A stretch of 64,000 bases of DNA from Candidatus Moranbacteria bacterium GW2011_GWE2_35_2- (GTDB taxonomy: Bacteria > Patescibacteriota > Minisyncoccia > Moranbacterales > UBA9337): assembly GCA_000990585.1 (NCBI GenBank), contig LBQD01000001.1, positions 62,965 through 126,964 of the forward strand. Reading direction: 5' to 3'. Positions 29,761 through 39,014 of this stretch are shown here, one piece after another (the stretch's first letter is position 1; the number at the start of each line of letters is the position of its first letter). The position numbers and the translations under genes were made by a program. The notes under the pieces are model-generated. The model was not told the origin of the DNA and did not search any database. It saw nothing but the letters and a program-made list of their open reading frames with translations.

Positions 29761-29947
29761 TATAATAAAGCAGATATTTTTATTTGTCAAATTTTAAGAA
29801 AAAAACAATATATTCCTAATTAAGGAACGTTTTTATATTATGATGGAAGATAATAATATCAATTATTTTAAAAAATAATTGAACTTCTATGCGATAGTGT
29901 AAAAGTTTAATGGAGTTTTTTTTGTTTAAATGCGTGAGTTGTTGAAT

Positions 29948-29982
29948 TAAAAAACGCTTCGAAATATTTTGTGAGCGTTTTT
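29948..29982. terminator. Bidirectional rho-independent terminator (A-run, AACGCT stem/AGCGTT, T-run)
   Basis: aaaaaacgct...agcgtttttt; lies downstream of the minus-strand gene ending at 30049. Confidence 0.55.
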
Positions 29983-30048
29983 TAAATCAGACTAATTTTT
30001 TTGGTGCGTAGTTTCCCTTAAGAGCTGTTTGGCGGTTTGATTTTAATT

Positions 30049-30873
30049 TTATTCGGAAGGGTTTGTTTTTTCTTCCGTTGTTTTATTTGAAACAAATTCT
30101 TTCCATACATCAAATCCTCCGTCAAGTGTTTTTGCTGTGAGTATTCCTAGATCAAAAAGTTTTGATCCAGCTTGAAAACTTTCAATCGCATCTTGCCCAT
30201 AGACGATAATTTCTTTAAATTTTGGTATTTCTTCTTCGCGTGCTTCCAATTCGGAAAGCGGAATATTTATAGAATTATGAATGCTTTCAGTGTTAAAAAG
30301 TGATGAATCGCGAACATCTAAAATAAAAAGCGGGGCATTATTGTTTAATGCGACTTGAAATTCTGTCGGAGATATGTAGATAACTTTCGATTGGTCGGAG
30401 ATAGAGCTTGGATCTCCTGTGGAAATTGTAGAGAAAAGGTTTTCCGTCCATCCCTCAATTCCATTATACAAAACTGAAATATTTGAAAACCCGTTTCTTT
30501 CAAGCAGTTTCACTGAATCAGAAATATTTTTTTTACTTTCAGGGTAGGCAATTATGATTATTTCCTTTTTTGAGTCTAAAATATCGCCTTTTTTTTGAAG
30601 ATCATCATTGGGAATGTTTATTGAATTTGCAATGTGTTCTATTTCAAAATCTGCATTACTGCGTAAATCAAGAATTTGAATGTTTTCTTTTTGTTTGATT
30701 TTTTCGCTCAATTCTTTGGGATAGATAATTGAGTAATCAGTGGGAGTTTCCGTCGGAGAATTGATTATGTTTTTTTCTTTTTTTCCCGGGCGGATAAATG
30801 TAATAAGAAAAACTATTCCAATTAGAATAATTCCAATGAGAACAATATAATTTTCTTTGTTGTTTTTTTGCAT
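30049..30873 (-). CDS. Membrane-anchored tandem rhodanese-like domain protein, apparently lacking catalytic Cys
   Basis: N-terminal TM. Two rhodanese-fold segments, with no Cys at either active-site loop position. Confidence 0.6.
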   Translation of the reverse strand: MQKNNKENYIVLIGIILIGIVFLITFIRPGKKEKNIINSPTETPTDYSIIYPKELSEKIKQKENIQILDLRSNADFEIEHIANSINIPNDDLQKKGDILDSKKEIIIIAYPESKKNISDSVKLLERNGFSNISVLYNGIEGWTENLFSTISTGDPSSISDQSKVIYISPTEFQVALNNNAPLFILDVRDSSLFNTESIHNSINIPLSELEAREEEIPKFKEIIVYGQDAIESFQAGSKLFDLGILTAKTLDGGFDVWKEFVSNKTTEEKTNPSE

Positions 30874-30893
30874 CGGATTAGTTTAATTTAGCA

Positions 30894-31859
30894 TTATTTC
30901 AAAATACTGCCGATAAAATCAGGATGTCCGTTGGAAAAATCTTTTGCCGATATTGAATCTTTCCCTTCTAATTGGATCTGGCTTAATATAATTACTCCAT
31001 TTCCGGTTTGCACGCCGATTTCTTCTCCGATTTGAAAAATTTCTCCTAGTCGGTGTCGACTCTGTGGATTTGTTTTTTGTAGAGAAATTTTATTGAGTTT
31101 TATTCTTTTTGTTAATCCATTTTCATCCCAAAAGGAAAAAATTCCCGGCCATGGATGGAATGCGCGATAGCGATTATAGATATCTTGTGCATCATTGTCC
31201 CAGATTATTTTTCCATCAGAACGCTCAATGAGTTGGCAGAGAGTAACTTTGGATGGGTCTTGTTTAACGGGGGATATTTTTTTTTCAATCCAGAGCGGAA
31301 TGGTTTTCAGAAGTGTTTCGGCGCCTTTATTTTTCAGTTTTTCCATTAAAATAGGCGTTGTATCATTCTGATCGATGGAAATTTTTTCTTGCGATAAAAT
31401 ATCTCCGGTATCCATTCCTCTGTCCATAAGCATAATAGTTATTCCGGTTTTGCTTTCTCCGGACAAAATTGCGTTTTGAATAGGGGATGCTCCGCGGAAT
31501 TTAGGTAAAAGAGAGGCATGTACGTTTATGGATCCGAACCCGGGAATTTCTAAGGCTTTTTCCGGAAGAATTTTTCCATAAGCGGCAACTATAACTAAAT
31601 CTGGTTTCAGTTCTTTTAAGGATAAAACCGCTTGTTCGTCGAATTTTTCCGGCTGGATTACGGGTATGTTGTTTTTTTCCGCCAATATTTTTACGGGGCT
31701 GGGCGTGAATTCATTTTTACGTCCAGATTTTTTGTCCGGTTGAGTAAAAACAGCAAGAATGTTATATTTTTCTTCCAGTAAGGATGAGAGTATTTTTTCA
31801 GCAAAGGACGGCGTTCCCATAAAAACAACCCTTAATTTAATTGGCTTTTTTTCTTTCAT
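30894..31859 (-). CDS. fmt: Methionyl-tRNA formyltransferase
   Basis: RVVFMGTPSFA...INVHASLLPKFRGASPIQ. Confidence 0.92.
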   Translation of the reverse strand: MKEKKPIKLRVVFMGTPSFAEKILSSLLEEKYNILAVFTQPDKKSGRKNEFTPSPVKILAEKNNIPVIQPEKFDEQAVLSLKELKPDLVIVAAYGKILPEKALEIPGFGSINVHASLLPKFRGASPIQNAILSGESKTGITIMLMDRGMDTGDILSQEKISIDQNDTTPILMEKLKNKGAETLLKTIPLWIEKKISPVKQDPSKVTLCQLIERSDGKIIWDNDAQDIYNRYRAFHPWPGIFSFWDENGLTKRIKLNKISLQKTNPQSRHRLGEIFQIGEEIGVQTGNGVIILSQIQLEGKDSISAKDFSNGHPDFIGSILK

Positions 31860-32293
31860 TTTTGTTTTTTATCAATAATTAGAATTCCATTCAAATGGTC
31901 TATTTCATGTTGGAAGGCACGAGCAAGAAGTCCGCGCGCTTTTATTTTACACTTTTCTCCTTTTTCATTCAAATAGCGAACCTTTATTTCATCACTTCTT
32001 TCAATAGGGATCCACTTCCCTGGAACACTGAGGCATCCCTCTTCGGTGATTATTTTTTCCATGGAAGTTGATTTTATTTGGGGGTTTATGAGAACATAAA
32101 GAATCCCACTTTCTTCGATAACACAGAGACGAATGGATTTTCCGATTTGTGGAGCGGCCAATCCCAAGCCTTTAGCGGCCCGCATTGTCTCAATCATTTG
32201 AGGAATCAGTTCCTGAATTTCTTTATCTAAGGGATTTTTTATTTTTTTGGCCTTTTTGCGTAATATTGGATTTGGTTCGTGTAGTATTTCCAT
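31856..32293 (-). CDS. def: Peptide deformylase
   Basis: GLGLAAPQIG, EGCLSVPG, HEIDHLNG. Confidence 0.93.
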   Translation of the reverse strand: MEILHEPNPILRKKAKKIKNPLDKEIQELIPQMIETMRAAKGLGLAAPQIGKSIRLCVIEESGILYVLINPQIKSTSMEKIITEEGCLSVPGKWIPIERSDEIKVRYLNEKGEKCKIKARGLLARAFQHEIDHLNGILIIDKKQK

Positions 32294-32298
32294 AGCTG

Positions 32299-32646
32299 TT
32301 AATATATTTTATAAATCTCTTTCTCTTTTTCGCCCGTCAAAACTTTAATTATATTTTTTCTTTTTTCTTGAATTCTAATTGGATTAATATGAATTATTTG
32401 GTTGGAATTTTTTTCAATTTCTAAATTTCCTTCGGTTATTTTTTCTAAGTCGCGCCAATATTCCCAATGGAAGTTTTGTTTTTTGTCTTGGTTGTCAATT
32501 ATAAAAGAAATATTTTCTTCTGTTGGATTTTCAAAAGATAAAAACCATTGATTGCTTTGCAAATATTGTTTTCTTTCCGTTTGCGCCAAAAAGAAAAAGC
32601 TGACGGCGAAAAATATTACGATTGAAAGTATTATTTTATTTTGCAT
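32299..32646 (-). CDS. Hypothetical membrane-anchored protein (start trimmed to the Met after the upstream gene's stop)
   Basis: ORF with a single N-terminal TM; no recognised domain. Confidence 0.45.
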   Translation of the reverse strand: MQNKIILSIVIFFAVSFFFLAQTERKQYLQSNQWFLSFENPTEENISFIIDNQDKKQNFHWEYWRDLEKITEGNLEIEKNSNQIIHINPIRIQEKRKNIIKVLTGEKEKEIYKIY

Positions 32647-32648
32647 AA

Positions 32649-34568
32649 TTATTTTCGATAATAAACTCCGATATCTTTTCCGGAAAATACTTTCCAAAAT
32701 TGTTCGGTTTTTTCAAATTGAATACTATCATATTTTGGATTTAATATGATAAAATTTATTCCTAAATCAGAAAAGCATTTCTGTCCATTTTCAGTGTTAG
32801 GAGTGGAAATCATCCAAAGCGTACACATTTCTCTCGGTTTGGTAGGGTCTTCATATCTTTTGAAAAAACTGCGGGAAAGCGGATAATTATAGTCTTGCAT
32901 AAAAAACAATTTTATCCAAGAATCGGCGGTGAGGTAATTGTGATCTTTTAATACTTTGTCATTTGACGAGGATTTTTCAGATACATATTTAGAGGCTGTG
33001 AATATTGCTATGGCTTTCGTCGGATTGCTTTCCGAGGAAAGAGATTGAGTATTGTCAAAAAATCCACTATATGTAATAAATGTAAAAAAAAGAATTATAG
33101 CAGGGAAAATTATTTTTAAGGGAAGATATTTTTTAGCAAATGAAAAAATCCAAAAAACAGCAAAGGCTGATGTTATGATTAAAGGAAAGATAAAATAGTT
33201 AGCAATTCTATTTGAAGGGATGTCGAGGTACAGCCATCCAGGTTTAATTGACATAAGGAAAATTGAAATTGTCCAACCGATTATAAATACAAAAGAATAT
33301 GTTTTTTTGTATTTACTAGCTAAAAGAATTATTAATCCGACAAGTCCGATTGCCATTCTTGCTTGACCGGAGCTGAATGTGAGTTGTTCAAGAGAAAGTC
33401 CGGCACGAGTTGATTTGGATGGTCCGCCGACGGCAGTTTCTATTGCATTAACCTCGAGATAATTCGGAGTATAGATTAAAACAGCAAACAATAAACAACT
33501 TGCAATCAATAATAGAACAGGAAATGATAAAATCATTTTCAACCAATCTTTTATATATAATCGGATATTTTTAAGGTTGAACAAGATAAAAAATAGTAGA
33601 GTAAAAATAAAAATATAAATAAATACAAAAGAGCTTAGATGATGAATGTAGAATAGTCCGATGGTTGTAAAAATTCCTAAGGATAGCATTGGTTTGTTTT
33701 TTTTCTCCAAAGCGCGTAGGAAAAAGTAAAGTATTAAAGGAATGAGGAAATTTCCAAAAGTGTTTCCGATTACTCCTCCACTGGCAAATTTTGCCTGAGG
33801 AGAGGCAAGAGTATAGATAGGTCCGGCGAGAAATAAAGCAAATATGTTTATTGTTCGTGCTTGAATTGTTCCAAAATTTTCAAAAAGGCGCAGTGTCAGA
33901 ATAAAAATAATCAAGACAGTAAAAATATTGAATAAAAAAAGAACAAGTGTCGGAAAATAAGAAATAAAATCAATTCCGGAAAAAAGATTGATAGCGGAAA
34001 AAATCAAATGCTCTCCAATGATAAAGTCGGCAATCGGTTTAGGATTGCTGATTTGATAATTTTCTCCGACTTGAATGACGTCGCTTTCTTGATAATCCGG
34101 CAATTCATTAGTTTGGGAGATTAGCTTTGACCAGTACATGTGATGCCCCATATCGGTGGAAGTGGGGAATATTGTATCGGATAGGTAGACGGTTTTGATA
34201 AAAAAAGTCAGCGCTAAAATCAAAATTATTAAAACCGTATGTTTTTTGGAAAAAGAAAATAATTTGTCGGACGCATCTTTTTCTTCTATGGAAATTTGTT
34301 TATTTTTTTGTGTTTTATATATTATCGCATTCAAAAGAAGGAATAATAAATTTGCGATTATTATTGATTTTCCGGTTATAGGAATTCCGGATTTTCCAAT
34401 AAGAATAATGAGAAAGTTTATTGACACAAGACTGAGTCCTGGAGCGATGATAAATTTTTCCAAGCGGGAAAGTTTATTGGATTTTCCAAAAATTGCTAAT
34501 ATTAAAAACCATCCCGGCAGGAATAGGAGAAAAAATATGGAAATATAAAATAAAATCAGCTGCATCAT
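32649..34568 (-). CDS. Large polytopic membrane protein, putative GT-C-type glycosyltransferase or oligosaccharide polymerase
   Basis: 639 aa, >12 predicted TM segments, adjacent to GT4 and GT2 genes. Family not identified from sequence alone. Confidence 0.45.
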   Translation of the reverse strand: MMQLILFYISIFFLLFLPGWFLILAIFGKSNKLSRLEKFIIAPGLSLVSINFLIILIGKSGIPITGKSIIIANLLFLLLNAIIYKTQKNKQISIEEKDASDKLFSFSKKHTVLIILILALTFFIKTVYLSDTIFPTSTDMGHHMYWSKLISQTNELPDYQESDVIQVGENYQISNPKPIADFIIGEHLIFSAINLFSGIDFISYFPTLVLFLFNIFTVLIIFILTLRLFENFGTIQARTINIFALFLAGPIYTLASPQAKFASGGVIGNTFGNFLIPLILYFFLRALEKKNKPMLSLGIFTTIGLFYIHHLSSFVFIYIFIFTLLFFILFNLKNIRLYIKDWLKMILSFPVLLLIASCLLFAVLIYTPNYLEVNAIETAVGGPSKSTRAGLSLEQLTFSSGQARMAIGLVGLIILLASKYKKTYSFVFIIGWTISIFLMSIKPGWLYLDIPSNRIANYFIFPLIITSAFAVFWIFSFAKKYLPLKIIFPAIILFFTFITYSGFFDNTQSLSSESNPTKAIAIFTASKYVSEKSSSNDKVLKDHNYLTADSWIKLFFMQDYNYPLSRSFFKRYEDPTKPREMCTLWMISTPNTENGQKCFSDLGINFIILNPKYDSIQFEKTEQFWKVFSGKDIGVYYRK

Positions 34569-34570
34569 TT

Positions 34571-35698
34571 CTAAATTATTGTTTTCTTTATTTCTTCCAA
34601 ATATTTTTTAGCGATTATTTCCCATGTGTAATTTTCTTTGACAAACTCGCGGGCGCGCTCGCCGAAAATTTTTCGCACGTCGTCATTTTCTAAAAGCGCC
34701 TTAATTTTGGCGGCATATTTTTCGGTATTTTCAGGATCAACAAGGAAGCCGTTTTTTCCATTAGTAATGGCATCTTTGAGTCCTTCCAGTTCTGAGGTAA
34801 TGACAACTCTTCGGCAAACTGCTGCTTCCAAAACAACGAGCCCAAAACCTTCCATATCACCTGCGACTTTGATATTCGGCTGAACAAAAAGATCAACGGT
34901 ATTGTAAAGAAGAAATTTTTCTGGATCAGTTGCTGGACCGAAAAGTTTTACACGATCAAATTGCTTGGTTCTTTTGATGGCAGCTTTGATATTTTCTTTG
35001 TCCGGACCGTTTCCGGAAACAACATAAATTATATTATTCGGAAGTTTTGGCATTACATTTTCAATAAACCAAGCAACACCTTTTCTTCTTGCTAATCTTC
35101 CGAGAGTGAGAAGGACTTTCTTTTCAGAAAGATTCATATTGATGGTTTTTTCCAAATCATGGCGTGAATAATTTCTTGTTCCGAGAAATTTTTCCGTGTC
35201 CACTCCATTGGGAACAAAAACGAATTTTTCCTTAGGGATTCCGAGTTTCACACCTTCTTTGATAGTGGTGTTTCCAACGGCGATAAATTTGTCAATTTTT
35301 TCAAAAAAAATCTCTACCCAGAGTTTTTTGTATAATTTAATGAGAATTTTTTCATACCAAACTCCCAACGAGGAGCTGTTCCAATTCAGATCCAATCCGT
35401 GCGCAATAGAAATGACGGGTTTTTGGGAAAAAAGCTTAACGAACCATCCGATAATGCTCAAAACTCCATCACCCAAAAGAATGACATCATATTTTGGAAG
35501 AAGGAAAATGATTTGTATTAATGCGTATGGCGCGAAAAGCGGGAGCATTTTTCTGCCAAATTTATTGGCGATTATTTTTACGTCGGCAATTTCAGAGAGG
35601 CTTTTGGATATTTCATAATTTTGGTTTTCAATTCCGCCAAGAATCGGAGGATACGCCCGGCTGATGAACAAAATTTTCGGATAATTTGGTTTTTCCAT
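34571..35698 (-). CDS. GT4 (group 1) glycosyltransferase
   Basis: ...GRLARRKG...E.FGLVVLEA...G.PVI. Confidence 0.82.
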   Translation of the reverse strand: MEKPNYPKILFISRAYPPILGGIENQNYEISKSLSEIADVKIIANKFGRKMLPLFAPYALIQIIFLLPKYDVILLGDGVLSIIGWFVKLFSQKPVISIAHGLDLNWNSSSLGVWYEKILIKLYKKLWVEIFFEKIDKFIAVGNTTIKEGVKLGIPKEKFVFVPNGVDTEKFLGTRNYSRHDLEKTINMNLSEKKVLLTLGRLARRKGVAWFIENVMPKLPNNIIYVVSGNGPDKENIKAAIKRTKQFDRVKLFGPATDPEKFLLYNTVDLFVQPNIKVAGDMEGFGLVVLEAAVCRRVVITSELEGLKDAITNGKNGFLVDPENTEKYAAKIKALLENDDVRKIFGERAREFVKENYTWEIIAKKYLEEIKKTII

Positions 35699-35702
35699 AT
35701 TT

Positions 35703-36707
35703 TTAGAAATTAGATGAATTATCAGCCAAGGACCGATCCGTATTTAGCGGAGAAATTTTTTTTCTGTATTTTTCTTTTCGCATTAAATACATTTGGTCTT
35801 CGGTGAGTTTACGGTTGGATTTAATCATATCGGCAATGAGAGCAAAAATTATAAATTGCAATCCGACTAAAAGAGAAGTAATGGAAAGTAAAAGATAATT
35901 TCGATAGGGTGAGATTTTGAATTCTTGAAAATAGAAAATCGCAAAAACTGCAAAGATAAATAAAGAAAGAAATATCAAGCATAATCCCGGCACGCCGAAA
36001 AACTTCATCGGACGAACGTCACGAATGGCTTTGATGATTATTTTTCCGCTGTTGTTGACGTAATTGTAGACGCTTTTGACAACGCGGGATTTTCTGTCGT
36101 CGAAATAGGTCACTTCCACAGGAATCCATCTGACTTTCAAGTTTTTTCCAATAGCATCAATGATCACTTCTTGTGTGTAGGTGAAGTTTCCCGGAAGATT
36201 GAGGCGGAGGAGACATTCGCGATTGTAGGCGCGGAAACCGCAAGTGAGGTCGTTGATTTTTTGATTGAGAAAACTTCCGATGATTTTGGCAGCTACGCGA
36301 TTGAGAAAATCTTTGATCCACGGGATGTTCTTGGCTTGATGCTTTCCGAAACGGTCGGCGCTCACCATATCAACTTCTCCATTTAAAATTGGTTTGATTA
36401 TTTTTTCAATGTCATTGGGATCGAATTGTCCGTCGGCATCGATGTTTACCATAATGTCCGCCCCGTTTCCCAAGGCTTTGTATACGGCAGTGCGAAAAGT
36501 AACTCCAATTCCGCGATTGACTTCGTGAATGTGAACCATATCTGCGCCGGCATCTTTTGCAACTTGTGCGGTGTTATCCTTTGATCCATCGTCGATGACT
36601 TGCACAAAAACTTCATCAACTCCGTCAAAATGGCGGGGAATTCTTTTGATGGTTTGGGCGATTTTTTCTGCTTCATTGTAAGCAGGAAGATTTACTACTA
36701 AGCGCAT
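35703..36707 (-). CDS. GT2 polyprenol-phosphate glycosyltransferase (GtrB/ArnC-like) with two C-terminal TM helices
   Basis: VVNLPAYNEAEKI...VIDDGSKDNT...IDADGQ. C-terminal hydrophobic pair. Confidence 0.82.
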   Translation of the reverse strand: MRLVVNLPAYNEAEKIAQTIKRIPRHFDGVDEVFVQVIDDGSKDNTAQVAKDAGADMVHIHEVNRGIGVTFRTAVYKALGNGADIMVNIDADGQFDPNDIEKIIKPILNGEVDMVSADRFGKHQAKNIPWIKDFLNRVAAKIIGSFLNQKINDLTCGFRAYNRECLLRLNLPGNFTYTQEVIIDAIGKNLKVRWIPVEVTYFDDRKSRVVKSVYNYVNNSGKIIIKAIRDVRPMKFFGVPGLCLIFLSLFIFAVFAIFYFQEFKISPYRNYLLLSITSLLVGLQFIIFALIADMIKSNRKLTEDQMYLMRKEKYRKKISPLNTDRSLADNSSNF

Positions 36708-36744
36708 ATGATTATACCGATTCGAATAACGAATTAAATGTGAA

Positions 36745-36810
36745 TCTGCGAATATAATAAGTGAAATTTATTTTTAAAATTATTCGTAGATTTGAATGTA
36801 TTCGCAGTTT
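36745..36810. repeat. Nested inverted repeat (CTGCGAATA ... TATTCGCAG, ~40-nt loop) in the spacer between the small Cys protein and the GT2 gene
   Basis: Read directly. Confidence 0.4.
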
Positions 36811-36819
36811 CGCATCGGT

Positions 36820-37050
36820 TTATTTTTTCTTAATGATTAATTTTGGATCGACACAGTCGAATTTGCATTGGGCGTTGTCTAATCCTTGGTGTAAAACTTC
36901 TTTTTGGCATTCTTTGAGTTTTTGCTGGCATTCTCCTTTTCTTTCAGAAAAATAACCTTTATTGATTTCATATCCAAAATAGTCGAGCGCGAAAGAAGCG
37001 ACAACCGCAAAACCGACAATCCAAATTATTGATTTGATTAGTCCAAACAT
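36820..37050 (-). CDS. Small membrane-anchored protein with 4 Cys (hypothetical)
   Basis: N-terminal TM, then C-x7-C...C-x3-C in a charged tail. Confidence 0.35.
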   Translation of the reverse strand: MFGLIKSIIWIVGFAVVASFALDYFGYEINKGYFSERKGECQQKLKECQKEVLHQGLDNAQCKFDCVDPKLIIKKK

Positions 37051-37137
37051 ATCTAAATACTACCCCAAACAAACCAAAAAAGCAATAAAAATTCAGTAGT
37101 TATTGTGCGGAGGGGTGATTTTTGGTAGGATTGGGTT

Positions 37138-38430
37138 ATGGATAAAAAGAAGACAATCAGGAAAAATAAAACCGTCAAAGACAAGAAGAAAAAGCGGGTG
37201 GTTTTGGCGCTTTCCAGCGGGGTGGATTCTTCTGTTTCGGCGGCGCTTCTTAAAAAACAAGGATATGATGTCGTTGGCGTTTTTATGCATTTCTGGAAAG
37301 ACCCCGAAGAAAATGAATTGGTGGAAAACAAATGTTGCTCGCTGGAGGCATATGAAGATGCGCGTAAAGTGGCACAGATTTTAAATATTCCTTTATATAC
37401 GATAAACGTTGCGAAAGAGTTCAAAAAAGAAGTGGTGGATTATTTTTTGGATGAAATCAAAGCGGGACGCACGCCAAATCCATGCGTGGCTTGCAATCCG
37501 CGCATTAAATTCAAATTTTTATTTCAAAAAATGTTGGAAATGGATGCGGATTTTGTGGCGACGGGACACTATGCCTGCATAAAGCGGGGATTACCAATTA
37601 CCAATAACCAATTTTCAAAAAAATCCAATTCGCCAGCTGGCGGACAAAATTCAAAATCAAAAATTAAGAGTTATTATTTGTTTCAATCCGAGGATGAGGG
37701 AAAAGATCAAACATATTTTTTGTATAATTTGACGCAAAAGCAACTCGGAAAAATAATTTTTCCAGTTGGGAAATATCAAAAACCGGAAATTCGTAAAATG
37801 GCGAAAGAGTTTGGACTTCCGGTTTTTGACAAAGATGATTCGCAGGGAATTTGTTTTACGCAAGAAAAATATCCGACAAATTTTATCCGAAGAAATACTC
37901 CGATGAAAAAAGGAAAAATTATAAATACTGACGGTAAAATAGTCGGTGAACACGAAGGGCTTTCAATTTATACTATCGGTCAGCGCAAGGGAATTAATAT
38001 CGGCGGAACGGGGCCGTATTATGTTGTCGAGAAAGATTTGAAGAAAAATGTTTTGATTGTTACGAACAAAGAAGATGACCCAAAACTTTTCAAAAAAGAA
38101 ATGCAGGTGCGTGATATTAATTGGATTGCGGGAAGCGAGCCGAAATTTCCGCTTAAAGCAAAAGTAAAAATTCGCTACCGAAATCCGTTGGTTGATGTTA
38201 TAATAAAGAAAAAGATACAAGATACCTCGAAAAACTTCGTCTCGGGGCAAGTAAAAAACAAGATACAAAAAGATATTAAGATACAAGATGCAAGAAACAA
38301 GAAGCAAACAGGGAGCGACGGAGTTTATGTTGGGGAGTTTTTGGAGGCGCAAAAAGCGATTACACCCGGACAATCGGCGGTATTTTATACAGAAAATGGA
38401 GAGGTTTTGGGCGGGGGAATAATAGTTTAA
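37138..38430 (+). CDS. mnmA: tRNA-specific 2-thiouridylase MnmA
   Basis: PP-loop SSGVDSS, NPCVACN. Lys-rich insertions make it 430 aa. Confidence 0.9.
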   Translation: MDKKKTIRKNKTVKDKKKKRVVLALSSGVDSSVSAALLKKQGYDVVGVFMHFWKDPEENELVENKCCSLEAYEDARKVAQILNIPLYTINVAKEFKKEVVDYFLDEIKAGRTPNPCVACNPRIKFKFLFQKMLEMDADFVATGHYACIKRGLPITNNQFSKKSNSPAGGQNSKSKIKSYYLFQSEDEGKDQTYFLYNLTQKQLGKIIFPVGKYQKPEIRKMAKEFGLPVFDKDDSQGICFTQEKYPTNFIRRNTPMKKGKIINTDGKIVGEHEGLSIYTIGQRKGINIGGTGPYYVVEKDLKKNVLIVTNKEDDPKLFKKEMQVRDINWIAGSEPKFPLKAKVKIRYRNPLVDVIIKKKIQDTSKNFVSGQVKNKIQKDIKIQDARNKKQTGSDGVYVGEFLEAQKAITPGQSAVFYTENGEVLGGGIIV

Positions 38431-38474
38431 TTTAGTATTTTGAATTATTTAGTTAATTATTAAAAAATAAAAAT

Positions 38475-38765
38475 ATGGCATTGAATAATTTGAGTTTTCG
38501 AGGAAAGCTTGGTTCTTCCGTGGGAAATATTTCTCGCGATGGTGCGCGCAGTGTAATTGATGAGAATTTTAAAGATTTGGATTTGAGTCACAAAGCCAAA
38601 GATTATTTTTCTCGAAAGATGGATGATGCAGGAAATATTGAGGGGAGAAAATTTAATAGCATAGTTGATCAAGCGCAGAAAAATGGACTGATTAGTCATG
38701 AGAAGGCCGAGAAAATAAAAGATAGAGTGGATTTGCCTGATAATTTGAATGAACATTGGAATTAA
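38475..38765 (+). CDS. Hypothetical protein (96 aa, soluble)
   Basis: Charged composition, the sense-strand ORF in a co-directional trio. No motif recognised. Confidence 0.5.
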   Translation: MALNNLSFRGKLGSSVGNISRDGARSVIDENFKDLDLSHKAKDYFSRKMDDAGNIEGRKFNSIVDQAQKNGLISHEKAEKIKDRVDLPDNLNEHWN

Positions 38766-38797
38766 TTTTTTTTTAAATTTAATTTGAAATAAAAAAT

Positions 38798-39007
38798 ATG
38801 AGAAAATTGCATGCGGCGGTTTTGCAAATTGCCACCAGAAAAGGAGAAAAATTAACTTCCGGTTTTGAAGGAAGACTTCAGGATTGGGCGAGAGATTTTG
38901 AAGGTGGGAAAATTTCTGCAAGTGATGCAGTTTCCAAGGTAAAAGGAGAGTTTCGTTATCATTGGACAGACGATGATTACAGAGAATTGGAAAAAGCGAT
39001 AAAATAA
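38798..39007 (+). CDS. Hypothetical protein (69 aa)
   Basis: As above. Confidence 0.45.
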   Translation: MRKLHAAVLQIATRKGEKLTSGFEGRLQDWARDFEGGKISASDAVSKVKGEFRYHWTDDDYRELEKAIK

Positions 39008-39014
39008 TATTTTT

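Noticed and set aside
36761-36955. Plus-strand 64-aa ORF
   Set aside because: It overlaps the better-supported minus-strand small membrane protein and has biased, hydrophobic low-complexity translation.
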